A stretch of 64,000 nt of DNA from Bacteroidales bacterium (lineage in GTDB: Bacteria; Bacteroidota; Bacteroidia; Bacteroidales; PXBB01). The DNA is taken from contig PXBB01000108.1 in assembly GCA_003565735.1 (NCBI GenBank), positions 15,118 to 79,117 on the forward strand, in the 5' to 3' direction. The notes below the pieces were generated by a model. The model ran no database searches. It was not told the origin of the DNA and worked only from the letters and a program-made list of their open reading frames with translations. Position numbers and translations under genes: made by a program. Below are positions 19,676 through 28,508 of this stretch, one piece after another. Position 1 is the stretch's first letter, and every line of letters starts with the position of its first letter.

Positions 19676-20453
19676 TTAATTATCCATTAAGCAACGCACA
19701 GAAATTCCAAATGCTTTACTGAGGGATTGTTTTCTTATGTCAGCACTGTAATAATACATATAGCGTGTATAGGCAGCTGTTGGACTGTTCTCCTTGGAAG
19801 TCCACCAGTAACCGAAGACGCCATCGGCTTCGAAACATCCTACTTGTAAGTCGCGAATGCCGCCAGGAATACCTGTAAAACCGGTTTCGTTAGTTGCACC
19901 TGTATTTGGACTATGCCATAGGTTAGTACCTGTTTCTTTAAGTTTACCTCCTGCAACATCTGCCCCCCCCTAAATAATCACTCAGCTGCGTCCATTCGGC
20001 ATCGCTTGGTATATGCCAACCTTGTGGACATATACCTTGCACACCGCTAGGGTTGTTGCTGCTGCTTTCGGAACCGGCCATAGCTGCCGCCCAGTTGTAT
20101 AAAACACCATAGATCGTGTAGTTTTCAGTTTCTTTGGCAGCATTTACACTTGTGCCATTATAATCATAAACATAATAAAGAGGAGTTGTTTGTGAACCAC
20201 TGTCGGGCTTTACAACATCGGGTAAATAAGCAAGGTTCTTTGCCATCCAGCACTGGTTGCCTATTTGTACGGTAGGGTAAACAGTACCATCTCTAATGTC
20301 TGTAAATGCTTCGCCACATGTAAAAGTGAAATTCCCATTTGTTGTGGGGGGAGTTGAATCTTCGTCATCTTTTTTGCAACTTGTACTTATTACAATTGCA
20401 ATTGATGCTGATAGAAGTATCCTATAAAAATAAGATATGCGTCTATTTATGAT
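19676..20453 (-). pseudogene. FISUMP (Fibrobacter succinogenes major paralogous domain, TIGR02145-like) lipoprotein gene, frameshifted
   Basis: Upstream in-frame part: ...RILLSASIAIVISTSC (lipobox) ...DGTVYPTVQIGNQCWMAKNL...GWHIPSDAEWTQLSDYLGG. After the G8 tract the reading continues in another frame: ADVAGGKLKETGTNLWHSPNTGATNETGFTGIPGG...GYWWTSKE...GISVRCLMDN*. No ATG, GTG or TTG precedes the signal peptide in frame. Confidence 0.75.
19963..19970 (-). repeat. G8 homopolymer (C8 on the plus strand) at the frameshift point
   Basis: Read directly: tgcccccccc taaat. With 7 G the two halves of the FISUMP ORF join in frame (about 258 codons). Confidence 0.9.
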
Positions 20454-20769
20454 ACAAAAATTTAAGGTTAAATTTTATTATAATTCAAATATAATCATTT
20501 TTTTGAAAATTGAATGCTATATTTTCATTTTTTTTCCACATAATGATTACATACCGAATAAAAAGATAAGTCAGGAGGGTATTAGGTATATGTTTTTTTG
20601 AAATGCATAAGCCCATCCCAAATTGAACTTTAGAACTGTTTATGGGTGAAAAATGGGCAATACAGGAAAAAATGTCTTTTTAACTTTGGTGACAATATTT
20701 TGTTACATATCTCATAGCATAATTGTTTTGAAGCAGCTTTTTTATTTGATTAATATGTCAAAAAAATGC

Positions 20770-20777
20770 TACTTTTG
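20770..20777 (+). promoter_or_regulatory. Candidate -7 promoter box (TAnnTTTG) for the McrBC operon
   Basis: tacttttg lies 41 nt upstream of ATG 20819. Confidence 0.35.
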
Positions 20778-20818
20778 AAAGAGAATTTGCAACTATTAAT
20801 TTTAAAAGAAACAAAGAT

Positions 20819-23800
20819 ATGTACACTTGGGTACCCTTTTACAAAGCCATAGCTAAATGGATTTTGCCGTATAGAAAGCGGCAAAAAGAATTATGCCTGC
20901 TGTTAAAAAAGATTGGTGTAGGAAGCAATATGATGGATAAAACGAAAGATGGAGAAAAGCCCTTGGAAGTGATGGATCCGTTTACTTTCTTTGCGTTTTT
21001 TCAGAAATACAGTTCGATAGAAGATAGAAAGAAATGGCTGCAAAAATTGAATAATGAAATTAAAGTTGTGAATGAAATACCGGATGGTTATGCTGGCATA
21101 CCATCAGCAATGTCTATAGCATTAAGATATTTTGCAAATGAAAAAGACAGAAAAAAGGAAGACATGGGGCTTTTATGGGACTTGGCAGAACAAGCAGTTT
21201 CTGGCAGTTTACAAGAAAGTACTTTTTCAAAGGTTTTAGCCATGAGAGGCATCCGGATAGCCAAACTAACACAAGGGTTGTTTTGGTTGAATGCGGATGA
21301 GTTTTATCCCATTGATAAATATAAAGATTACTTAAAAACTTTTGGTATTAAACCGGAAGTAAAAACATTATCCGACTATTTAAAAGTTTTAAAAGAAATA
21401 AAAGTACACATTCAAAAACCTTACAGTGAAGTTTCTCATTTGGCTTATATGTGGGGCAGTAAGAGTTATTGGATTTTTCAGGGTGACCATAAATATTATA
21501 ACATTACAGAAGCATTAAAAGATAATGCTGTGGGTTCTTGGAGTGTGAAAGCCCATGCAAGCAAAATTAAAGCAGGAGATAAATTTATCTTATGGGTAAC
21601 AGGAGAAAAATCAGGTTGTTACGCTTTGGGGGAGGTTGTTTCGGATGTATATGAGGGATTTGATGAAGACAACGAAATAAAGTATTATGCAGAAAAAGCT
21701 AAAAATACTAAAGCCAAAAGAGTAAAAATTAAAATTACCCATAATCTTTATGATAAACCACTTAGGAAGGAAGATTTTAAAACAGTTAAGGCACTATCCC
21801 AATTGAAGATTGGCAATCAGGGGACAAATTTTACCGCTACAGAAGATGAATACAATGCAATATTAGAAATAATTGAAAATATGACACAAAAAAAATACTG
21901 GCTTTATGCACCCGGCAGAAATGCTGTGAAATGGGATGAGTTTTATAAAAATGGCATTATGGCCTTAGGCTGGGATGAACTTGGAGATTTAAAACAATAT
22001 GCAAGCAAAAAAGAAATAACTAAAACACTACAAGATTTTGATAAACAAAAAAGAAATAAAAATCATGATTCTCTGGCTAATTATGAGTTTAGAGATATAA
22101 TGGCTGTTGGAGATATAATAATTGTAAAAAACGGCTCAAAAGAATTGATTGGTTATGGAGAGGTCGTTTCAGATTATTATTATGATAATAAAAGAACTGA
22201 TTATAAAAGCTGTCGTAAAGTAAATTGGCATTTAAAAGGTAACTGGCTTGTTGATTTCAATCTAACACAAAAAACTTTGACAAATTATTCTAAAGGGAAG
22301 TACCTGAAAAAAATTAAAGAACTTTTACCTATTAATTCTATTATAGAGCAAGACATAAAAGAAAAGCAAGCGTTAAACCATATTCTTTTTGGCCCTCCCG
22401 GCACAGGTAAAACATTCAACACCATTAATAAAGCTGTCAGTATTGCAAACCCGAAGTTCAACCTAAAACAAGAAAGGACTTTAATAAAAAAGGAGTACGA
22501 ACGACTTGTTAAAGAAAAGCAAATTGTGTTTACTACCTTTCACCAAAGCATGAGTTATGAAGATTTTGTTGAAGGAATAAAGCCAATAGAACCTGAAAAA
22601 GAAGGCGACCCTGTAATTTATAGAGTGGAGGATGGTATTTTCAAGAAAATAAGTATTGAAGCTTCTTTCACAATAGCCAAGCAATTAGAAAAAAAAGAAA
22701 CAGGAGCAGTAATGGATTTTTCTGTATTGTTCAGAAACTTTATTGAATCAATAGAAGAAAAGATGTTCGCGGAAGAAGCTGTAGAACTTAAAACAAAAAC
22801 AGGCTCTAAGCTTATAGTTGATGGTATTTCTCAACAAGGGAATGTTATTGTTAAGCATCCTAATGGTTCACGAACATATACTGTTTCAAAGTCCCGCCTT
22901 TCAAAACTTTATTCGGCCATTGATAATATTGATGATGTTTCTAATATAAGTGATACTTTTAGAGAAATAATCGGTGGTTGTAATTCAACATCATATTGGA
23001 CTGTTCTTAATGCCATTAAGAAAATAAAAAAGCTACAAAAGGTCGAAAATGATGAAAGAAAGATTGATTATGACGAGAAAAAACAAATAGCAAACTCATT
23101 ATGCAAAGAGGATTTTAATAGCAGTAAAGGAAAGCCATTTGTACTCATCATAGACGAAATAAACAGAGGCAATGTGGCTTCCATTTTTGGGGAACTCATT
23201 ACGCTTATTGAAGAAGATAAACGTGCTGGTATGCCTGAAACCATTGAGCTAATACTGCCCTATTCAAAAGAGCCTTTTGCAGTACCGGCAAACCTTTACA
23301 TTATTGGCACTATGAATACGGCTGACAGGAGTGTGGAAGCACTAGATACAGCACTCAGAAGGCGATTTGTGTTTGAAGAAATCGCACCCAACCCTGATTT
23401 GATAAAAGAGTATGGCGACTTGAAAGGCAGTGGAGGCATGATTGAAAATATTGATGTCGTTGAAATGCTAAAAACCATAAATATAAGAATTGAAAAACTT
23501 ATAGATAAAGACCACTGCTTAGGTCATTCATATTTTATGAAAATAAAAGATAAAGATGGGCTTATCAATTGTTTTAAAAATCAGGTAATACCACTGCTTG
23601 AAGAGTATTTTTTCGGCGATTTCGGAAAAATTGGGCTTGTATTAGGTAATTCGTTTATTTGCAAAGAAAAGGATTTTGAAAAAGGCTTTGCCCATTTTGA
23701 TAATTACAACAGCAATGGCATAGTGGATGATTTGAAAAACAGGCCTATATATACGTATAAACATAGTGATGAATGGGATTTTACAAGTATTTATAACTAA
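20819..23800 (+). CDS. mcrB: McrB-like AAA+ GTPase subunit of a type IV restriction system, with a multi-domain N-terminus (unknown module, EVE, second PUA-like module)
   Basis: 993 aa. Motifs: Walker A GPPGTGKT (aa 525-532), FHQSMSYEDFVEGIKP, Walker B LIIDEINR (aa 776-783), the McrB signature GTMNTADRS (aa 830-838) and LRRRF. Confidence 0.85.
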   Translation: MYTWVPFYKAIAKWILPYRKRQKELCLLLKKIGVGSNMMDKTKDGEKPLEVMDPFTFFAFFQKYSSIEDRKKWLQKLNNEIKVVNEIPDGYAGIPSAMSIALRYFANEKDRKKEDMGLLWDLAEQAVSGSLQESTFSKVLAMRGIRIAKLTQGLFWLNADEFYPIDKYKDYLKTFGIKPEVKTLSDYLKVLKEIKVHIQKPYSEVSHLAYMWGSKSYWIFQGDHKYYNITEALKDNAVGSWSVKAHASKIKAGDKFILWVTGEKSGCYALGEVVSDVYEGFDEDNEIKYYAEKAKNTKAKRVKIKITHNLYDKPLRKEDFKTVKALSQLKIGNQGTNFTATEDEYNAILEIIENMTQKKYWLYAPGRNAVKWDEFYKNGIMALGWDELGDLKQYASKKEITKTLQDFDKQKRNKNHDSLANYEFRDIMAVGDIIIVKNGSKELIGYGEVVSDYYYDNKRTDYKSCRKVNWHLKGNWLVDFNLTQKTLTNYSKGKYLKKIKELLPINSIIEQDIKEKQALNHILFGPPGTGKTFNTINKAVSIANPKFNLKQERTLIKKEYERLVKEKQIVFTTFHQSMSYEDFVEGIKPIEPEKEGDPVIYRVEDGIFKKISIEASFTIAKQLEKKETGAVMDFSVLFRNFIESIEEKMFAEEAVELKTKTGSKLIVDGISQQGNVIVKHPNGSRTYTVSKSRLSKLYSAIDNIDDVSNISDTFREIIGGCNSTSYWTVLNAIKKIKKLQKVENDERKIDYDEKKQIANSLCKEDFNSSKGKPFVLIIDEINRGNVASIFGELITLIEEDKRAGMPETIELILPYSKEPFAVPANLYIIGTMNTADRSVEALDTALRRRFVFEEIAPNPDLIKEYGDLKGSGGMIENIDVVEMLKTINIRIEKLIDKDHCLGHSYFMKIKDKDGLINCFKNQVIPLLEEYFFGDFGKIGLVLGNSFICKEKDFEKGFAHFDNYNSNGIVDDLKNRPIYTYKHSDEWDFTSIYN
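21464..21874 (+). other. EVE (PUA-like) modified-base reader domain within McrB
   Basis: aa 216-352: SYWIFQGDHKYYNITEALKDNAVGSWSVKAHASKIKAGDKFILWVTGEKSGCYALGEVVSDVYE...VKIKITHNLYDKPLRKEDFK. This matches the EVE pattern W-x-hh...W.V....IKxGD.hhhY.sG....hhGhG.V.S. Confidence 0.65.
21890..22258 (+). other. Second PUA-like/EVE-like module within McrB
   Basis: aa 358-480: KYWLYAPGRNAVKWDEFYKNGIMALGWDELGDLKQY...AVGDIIIVKNGSKELIGYGEVVSDYYYD.... It shows the same topology signature: W..., GW, GD-hhhh, and hhGhGEVVSD repeated from the first module. Confidence 0.45.
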
Positions 23801-23803
23801 AAC

Positions 23804-25051
23804 ATGAACTTAATCCGCGTTTTTGAGCACGAGTGTCTGAGTGTAAATGAAAATACAGACAATGGTATTTTTAAACAACACCATCTCGAGCGGCTGTTAG
23901 AATTTAACGATAGGAATAAAAACATTTATTTTACCCCTGTACGAAAGGGAGTAAAGTTCAGAAACTATGTGGGAGTCATTCAAATTGGTGGCCTTACCAT
24001 TGAAATACTACCCAAAACTGATAAAGATGGGCAAAACGATAAAAAGGCATACGACAAATGGCAGAAGGTTTTGTTAGACATGCTTGCTGTTTGCAGGTAT
24101 ATTAATGTCAACTCTGTTTCAGAAACATTTTTAAACCGCAAGCATAACTCTATACTTGATATTTATTTTGAGATTTTTCTTGATGAAGTGCTTATGCTTA
24201 TGCGCAAAGGTCTTATTAGAAAATACAGGAGACAAACAGGCAATGTGTTGACATTGAAGGGAAAACTACATTTTGGGAAAAATATTCAACAGAACCTGAT
24301 ACATGCTGAGCGTTTTTACACTGACCATCAGGTCTATGATTACGAGCATCTGCTCAACAATGTTTTGTATAAAGCATTGCTGCTTTTAAAAAAAATGCCT
24401 ATTAGCATACACCTTAGAGACCGCTTACAAAGGATTTTTCTTGATTTTCCTGAACTGCAGGAAACAAGCATTTGTGAAAGCGATTTCGGGAAACTTAAAG
24501 AAACTCGTAAAACTCTTGTTTATCGTAAAGCCCTACAGATTGCACGTATGATAATTCTGAATTATTCACCTGATATACGTGGTGGTAAGGAACACATGAT
24601 AGCCCTGCTTTTTGACATGAACAAACTATGGGAGTTTTTTATCTATAGGATGCTAAAAAAATATGAAAACCCCAATCTAAATATTGAATACAGTAAAACA
24701 AAAAAGTTTTGGGAAAACAAATTGATTAAACCAGATATTATTATGCGGTATAAACATAGGCATGGAGAGGATATTAGCGTTTTAGACGTTAAATGGAAAG
24801 CTCCGGAAAATAATGAACCATCCGATAGCGACCTGAAACAGATGTTTGCCTATAATATTTACTGGGAGAGTTATAAAGGATTTTTGCTATATCCACAAAC
24901 CAGTAACATAGAGGATAAATCAGGCGTTTTTCATAAAGGTTTAGGGGGTATAAGCACTTGCACAATGACGTATGTAAATATTCTAAATAATCAAGGCAGA
25001 TTGAATATGGATATTGGGAGGGAAATATTAGAAAAATGTGGTGTCTATTAG
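23804..25051 (+). CDS. mcrC: McrC-like nuclease subunit (PD-(D/E)xK)
   Basis: 415 aa, starting 3 nt after the mcrB stop. McrC-like N-terminus (FRNYVGVIQIGGLTIEILPK). C-terminal nuclease motif KPDIIM (D311) ... VLDVKWK (D328, K330) ... QMFAY. Confidence 0.8.
   Translation: MNLIRVFEHECLSVNENTDNGIFKQHHLERLLEFNDRNKNIYFTPVRKGVKFRNYVGVIQIGGLTIEILPKTDKDGQNDKKAYDKWQKVLLDMLAVCRYINVNSVSETFLNRKHNSILDIYFEIFLDEVLMLMRKGLIRKYRRQTGNVLTLKGKLHFGKNIQQNLIHAERFYTDHQVYDYEHLLNNVLYKALLLLKKMPISIHLRDRLQRIFLDFPELQETSICESDFGKLKETRKTLVYRKALQIARMIILNYSPDIRGGKEHMIALLFDMNKLWEFFIYRMLKKYENPNLNIEYSKTKKFWENKLIKPDIIMRYKHRHGEDISVLDVKWKAPENNEPSDSDLKQMFAYNIYWESYKGFLLYPQTSNIEDKSGVFHKGLGGISTCTMTYVNILNNQGRLNMDIGREILEKCGVY
24734..24793 (+). 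other. Predicted PD-(D/E)xK catalytic core of McrC
   Basis: D311-x16-D328-V-K330, read from the translation. Confidence 0.6.
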
Positions 25052-25126
25052 GTAACTTACCTTATGTGCATAAAAATGAGAATTACTTGAATTACTCAAA
25101 CAACAGGAGGGATGCTATAAGAAAAC

Positions 25127-26371
25127 TCAGGCCACTTTTAAGTTATTCTTAATAACTTTTTCGATTTTTGATTTGGCGTATGACATCGTAATCACAACAT
25201 CTTTTTTATCTTCGGAGGGTTGCTCAAACATGGCATCAGTCATGATACGTTCGCAAATAGAACGTAAGCCTCTTGCACCCAGCTTAAACTCAATAGATTT
25301 ATCAACAATATAGTCGAGTACATTATCCTTAATGACAAGGTTGATACCGTCGATTTCAAAAAGTTTAATGTATTGCTTGATAAGTGCATTTTTGGGTTTT
25401 GTCAGAATTTGTCGCAGCACTTTTTTCTCCAGAGGGTTAAGAAATGAAACAATAGGGAGGCGTCCGACAATTTCGGGAATTAGCCCAAAGCTTTTCAGGT
25501 CTTGCGGCGAAATGTAAGCCAGCAGGTTTTCTTTTTTTTCTAATAAATCCGAGGTGTTTTTTTGGTAGCCAATAACATTCGTGTTAAGCCTGTTGCCAAT
25601 AATTTTTTCAATACCGTCGAAAGCTCCGCCGCAAATAAAAAGAATATGCTCTGTATTGACTTGTATCATTTTTTGTTCCGGGTGTTTACGACCGCCTTTA
25701 GGAGGCACATTGATCACGGCGCCTTCGAGAAGTTTCAAGAGGGCTTGCTGTACACCTTCGCCAGAAACATCACGTGTAATTGATGGGTTGTCACTTTTGC
25801 GTGATATTTTATCAATTTCGTCAATAAAAACGATGCCTCTCTCGACAGCTGCTACGTTATAGTCAGCAACTTGCAGTAAGCGCACCAGCACGCTTTCAAC
25901 ATCTTCGCCAACATAACCGGCTTCGGTAAGTACTGTAGCATCAGCAATACAAAAAGGAACTTCCAGCATTTTGGCGATGGTTTTGGCGAGCAGGGTTTTG
26001 CCTGTGCCGGTTTCGCCCACCAGTATGACGTTTGATTTTTCTAATTCAACCTCATCCTTTTGTTTGTCTTGCAAAAATTTGATGCGCTTGTAATGGTTGT
26101 AAACGGCAACAGATAAAACTTTTTTAGCTTCATCCTGCCCAATAACATATTGGTCAAGGTATGATTTTATTTCTTTTGGTTTTTTAAGCGTAAAATTATC
26201 AAACTGTTTGGCCTTTCCGGCATAAAGATCTTCTTTTACAATATCATGAGCCTGTTCAACGCATTTTTCACAAATATAGGCATCAATGCCGGAAATGAGT
26301 AATTCGACATCTTCTTTGCGCCGCCCACAAAAAGAACAATACCTTTGCGTGTTCTGTTTCTTGTCTTTCAT
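25127..26371 (-). CDS. clpX: ATP-dependent Clp protease ATP-binding subunit ClpX
   Basis: N-terminal C4 zinc finger (CSFCGRRK...CEKC), Walker A GETGTGKT, Walker B FIDEIDK, and GARGLRS. The first track codon (26374) is TTG, and ATG follows at 26371. Confidence 0.95.
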   Translation of the reverse strand: MKDKKQNTQRYCSFCGRRKEDVELLISGIDAYICEKCVEQAHDIVKEDLYAGKAKQFDNFTLKKPKEIKSYLDQYVIGQDEAKKVLSVAVYNHYKRIKFLQDKQKDEVELEKSNVILVGETGTGKTLLAKTIAKMLEVPFCIADATVLTEAGYVGEDVESVLVRLLQVADYNVAAVERGIVFIDEIDKISRKSDNPSITRDVSGEGVQQALLKLLEGAVINVPPKGGRKHPEQKMIQVNTEHILFICGGAFDGIEKIIGNRLNTNVIGYQKNTSDLLEKKENLLAYISPQDLKSFGLIPEIVGRLPIVSFLNPLEKKVLRQILTKPKNALIKQYIKLFEIDGINLVIKDNVLDYIVDKSIEFKLGARGLRSICERIMTDAMFEQPSEDKKDVVITMSYAKSKIEKVIKNNLKVA

Positions 26372-26554
26372 CAATTTTTTATTTTCATTTACTTATCTTA
26401 TTATTTGCAAAATTACAAATTTATTTAAAGCGAAGCAATTTCTGTCTGGCTAATCAATCCTGTTCATTATTCACAAAAACATTGAAATAGATTACGGTAT
26501 AGGCAGCTTTTGATGCCTCATATGTGAAACATATTAAAAGTATGAAAAAACAGA

Positions 26555-27088
26555 CTATAAGTCTGATTGGGTTTCGTTAGATATTTTGAAGTGTAAATAC
26601 TTCATGGCAGAAACCATCTTTTTGCCCCAATTGTTTTGAAATGAAAGTTTGCAATTGAACACGGCGTTTTCTTTAGCAGCCAGTGTTTCTTTCTGGTACA
26701 ACAACACAAAGTCCTTAAGGTCCTGATAAACATCCGCTAATACTTCAGCAAAATTGTATTCTATCAATTCAGTATCGTACATACTGATATTGTCGGCATC
26801 TTTGTATAAGTTTTTATTATCCAGCTTATTCAAAATGGTATTATAAATATTGATATATTGCTCTTCTGTAACAAATCGTTCGTTTGCCCATTCATCGCTA
26901 ACTTCTATTTGAGGCAACATAGCACCTTTTAAATAGAGCAATGGTGCTAATTTTAACATATAGGAAAGTATATCGGCATAGTTGTATTTTTCGATGCTTT
27001 CAACAAAGAGGCAGTATTCATTAGCAACTGTCAGCATTTCAATAATATTCTTAGAGAAAACGGGATGTGGCGGCCTGTAGTCAGTCAT
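26555..27088 (-). CDS. Conserved hypothetical protein (DUF5063-like)
   Basis: 177 aa. The N-terminal VFSKNIIEMLTVANEYCLFVE resembles my recollection of Bacteroidota DUF5063 proteins. Not verified. Confidence 0.5.
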   Translation of the reverse strand: MTDYRPPHPVFSKNIIEMLTVANEYCLFVESIEKYNYADILSYMLKLAPLLYLKGAMLPQIEVSDEWANERFVTEEQYINIYNTILNKLDNKNLYKDADNISMYDTELIEYNFAEVLADVYQDLKDFVLLYQKETLAAKENAVFNCKLSFQNNWGKKMVSAMKYLHFKISNETQSDL

Positions 27089-27205
27089 GATTTGAAAAGG
27101 TTTTTTATTAAAAAAGAATCCAAAGTTAATAAAAAATTATGTGCCTATACCAAACTGTATAAATCCTTATTCCCAAAGGAGAATAAGCATAAAAAATAGC
27201 TTATA

Positions 27206-28408
27206 TTAATCGAGGTTGGAAAAGTTATCTCTGATTATTTTATTTTTAACAGGTCCCAGCTTTTCTTTAATAAGAGGCCATCTTTCTGGATATTTTCGGA
27301 ACAGTGCTTTTATGCGTCCTGCATGTTTTGTGATGGAGTCGCTGACAGCGGCAGCCGTAATTTTTCTTTTACACTGATTGCCAATATGGGTAATGGTAAT
27401 TTTTTTGCCTTTTTCAACAAGCTTTTTTACGGCTTCTTCGTATTTGTCAAGCATTTGAAATGTTTTATGATAGACATCATAATCAATTTCCCTGATACCT
27501 GTTTGCTTCAAGTCTTCCTTATGTTGCTCGCTGACATATTCAAAATTTATCAAACTCCCGGGTATTGTCATAGGCGCATTTTCGCTTTGTTTATCATAAA
27601 TCTGCCTCATAACATTAAAAGTGCGCCGTAAGGCATGTTCTAAAGCTTCATGCGAGCCCTTAAATTCGCTGATCTTTTGAATGGCGGCATCTTCAAAAAT
27701 AAACTCAAAATCTTCACGACTCTCATAGGCCAGTTTTTTTATATAGCTCTTGGCCAACTCTATATACGATTTTCCGAGCTTGCTACGCGTATGTTCTAAC
27801 CGCCTTTTCCATTGCTCGCTTTCGGCCATGACATTTTTAAAGGCGGCTTGTATATCCTTAAAGGCTTCCCTGTTTTTAAATTCAATATCGTTTGTAATTT
27901 TTACGGAAGTTTTGATAAATTTTTTCACCAATAGCTTTTCAGTGTCATTCATAAGGTAGTTATTCGAATCGATGACAATATGCTTCTTATAACTTTTGAA
28001 AAAAAGAATTATAAAGTCGTTTTTTTTATCATAAGCATTTTTTAAAGAAAGTAGCAAAACATTGGCAAGTGGCTTTTCTGTCGCTTCATCATCACACAGT
28101 AAAAGCTGTGCATCGCCTTTAAAAGGCTGTTCACTAAACAATTGACTTTCGGTGTACCAGCCTTCTGTAATTTCTGATGCTCTCTTCTTTTCAAAAGAAG
28201 TACGCAACTCATCCTTAATTTTCTCAATAGCTTCTTGCGTGTATGAAGATTTTAGGCCTAAGGCATAGGGTAGGAGGTGTGCTTCAAATATTTTTGTCTG
28301 AGGGTTAAAGCTTAAGCAAACAGCTTTTTCTATACCAGGTACGTAGTCAGTTAGTTTTTCACAAAACGACAACAATGGCTTATTTAAAAAACTGAGCAAG
28401 CTTAACAT
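27206..28408 (-). CDS. Hypothetical protein, charged and helical, possible C-terminal DNA-binding region
   Basis: 400-aa ORF with an ATG start and no family recognised. The basic C-terminus is KITITHIGNQCKRKITAAAVSDSITKHAGRIKALFRKYPERW. Confidence 0.55.
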   Translation of the reverse strand: MLSLLSFLNKPLLSFCEKLTDYVPGIEKAVCLSFNPQTKIFEAHLLPYALGLKSSYTQEAIEKIKDELRTSFEKKRASEITEGWYTESQLFSEQPFKGDAQLLLCDDEATEKPLANVLLLSLKNAYDKKNDFIILFFKSYKKHIVIDSNNYLMNDTEKLLVKKFIKTSVKITNDIEFKNREAFKDIQAAFKNVMAESEQWKRRLEHTRSKLGKSYIELAKSYIKKLAYESREDFEFIFEDAAIQKISEFKGSHEALEHALRRTFNVMRQIYDKQSENAPMTIPGSLINFEYVSEQHKEDLKQTGIREIDYDVYHKTFQMLDKYEEAVKKLVEKGKKITITHIGNQCKRKITAAAVSDSITKHAGRIKALFRKYPERWPLIKEKLGPVKNKIIRDNFSNLD

Positions 28409-28508
28409 GGGGTAGATTTTTATCAGTTTGTAAAATTAAAATAAGTTATGGTTTTAAAAAAGAATTTTAAGTAAATATTTAAGGATGCTTAATTTAATGT
28501 TTTAATAA

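Noticed and set aside
19142-25059. 8-bp direct repeat GTAACTTA at both edges of the islet (19142-19149 and 25052-25059) as possible att or target-site duplication
   Set aside because: An 8-mer match between two AT-rich ~100-bp windows is close to chance expectation. No integrase or transposase is present.
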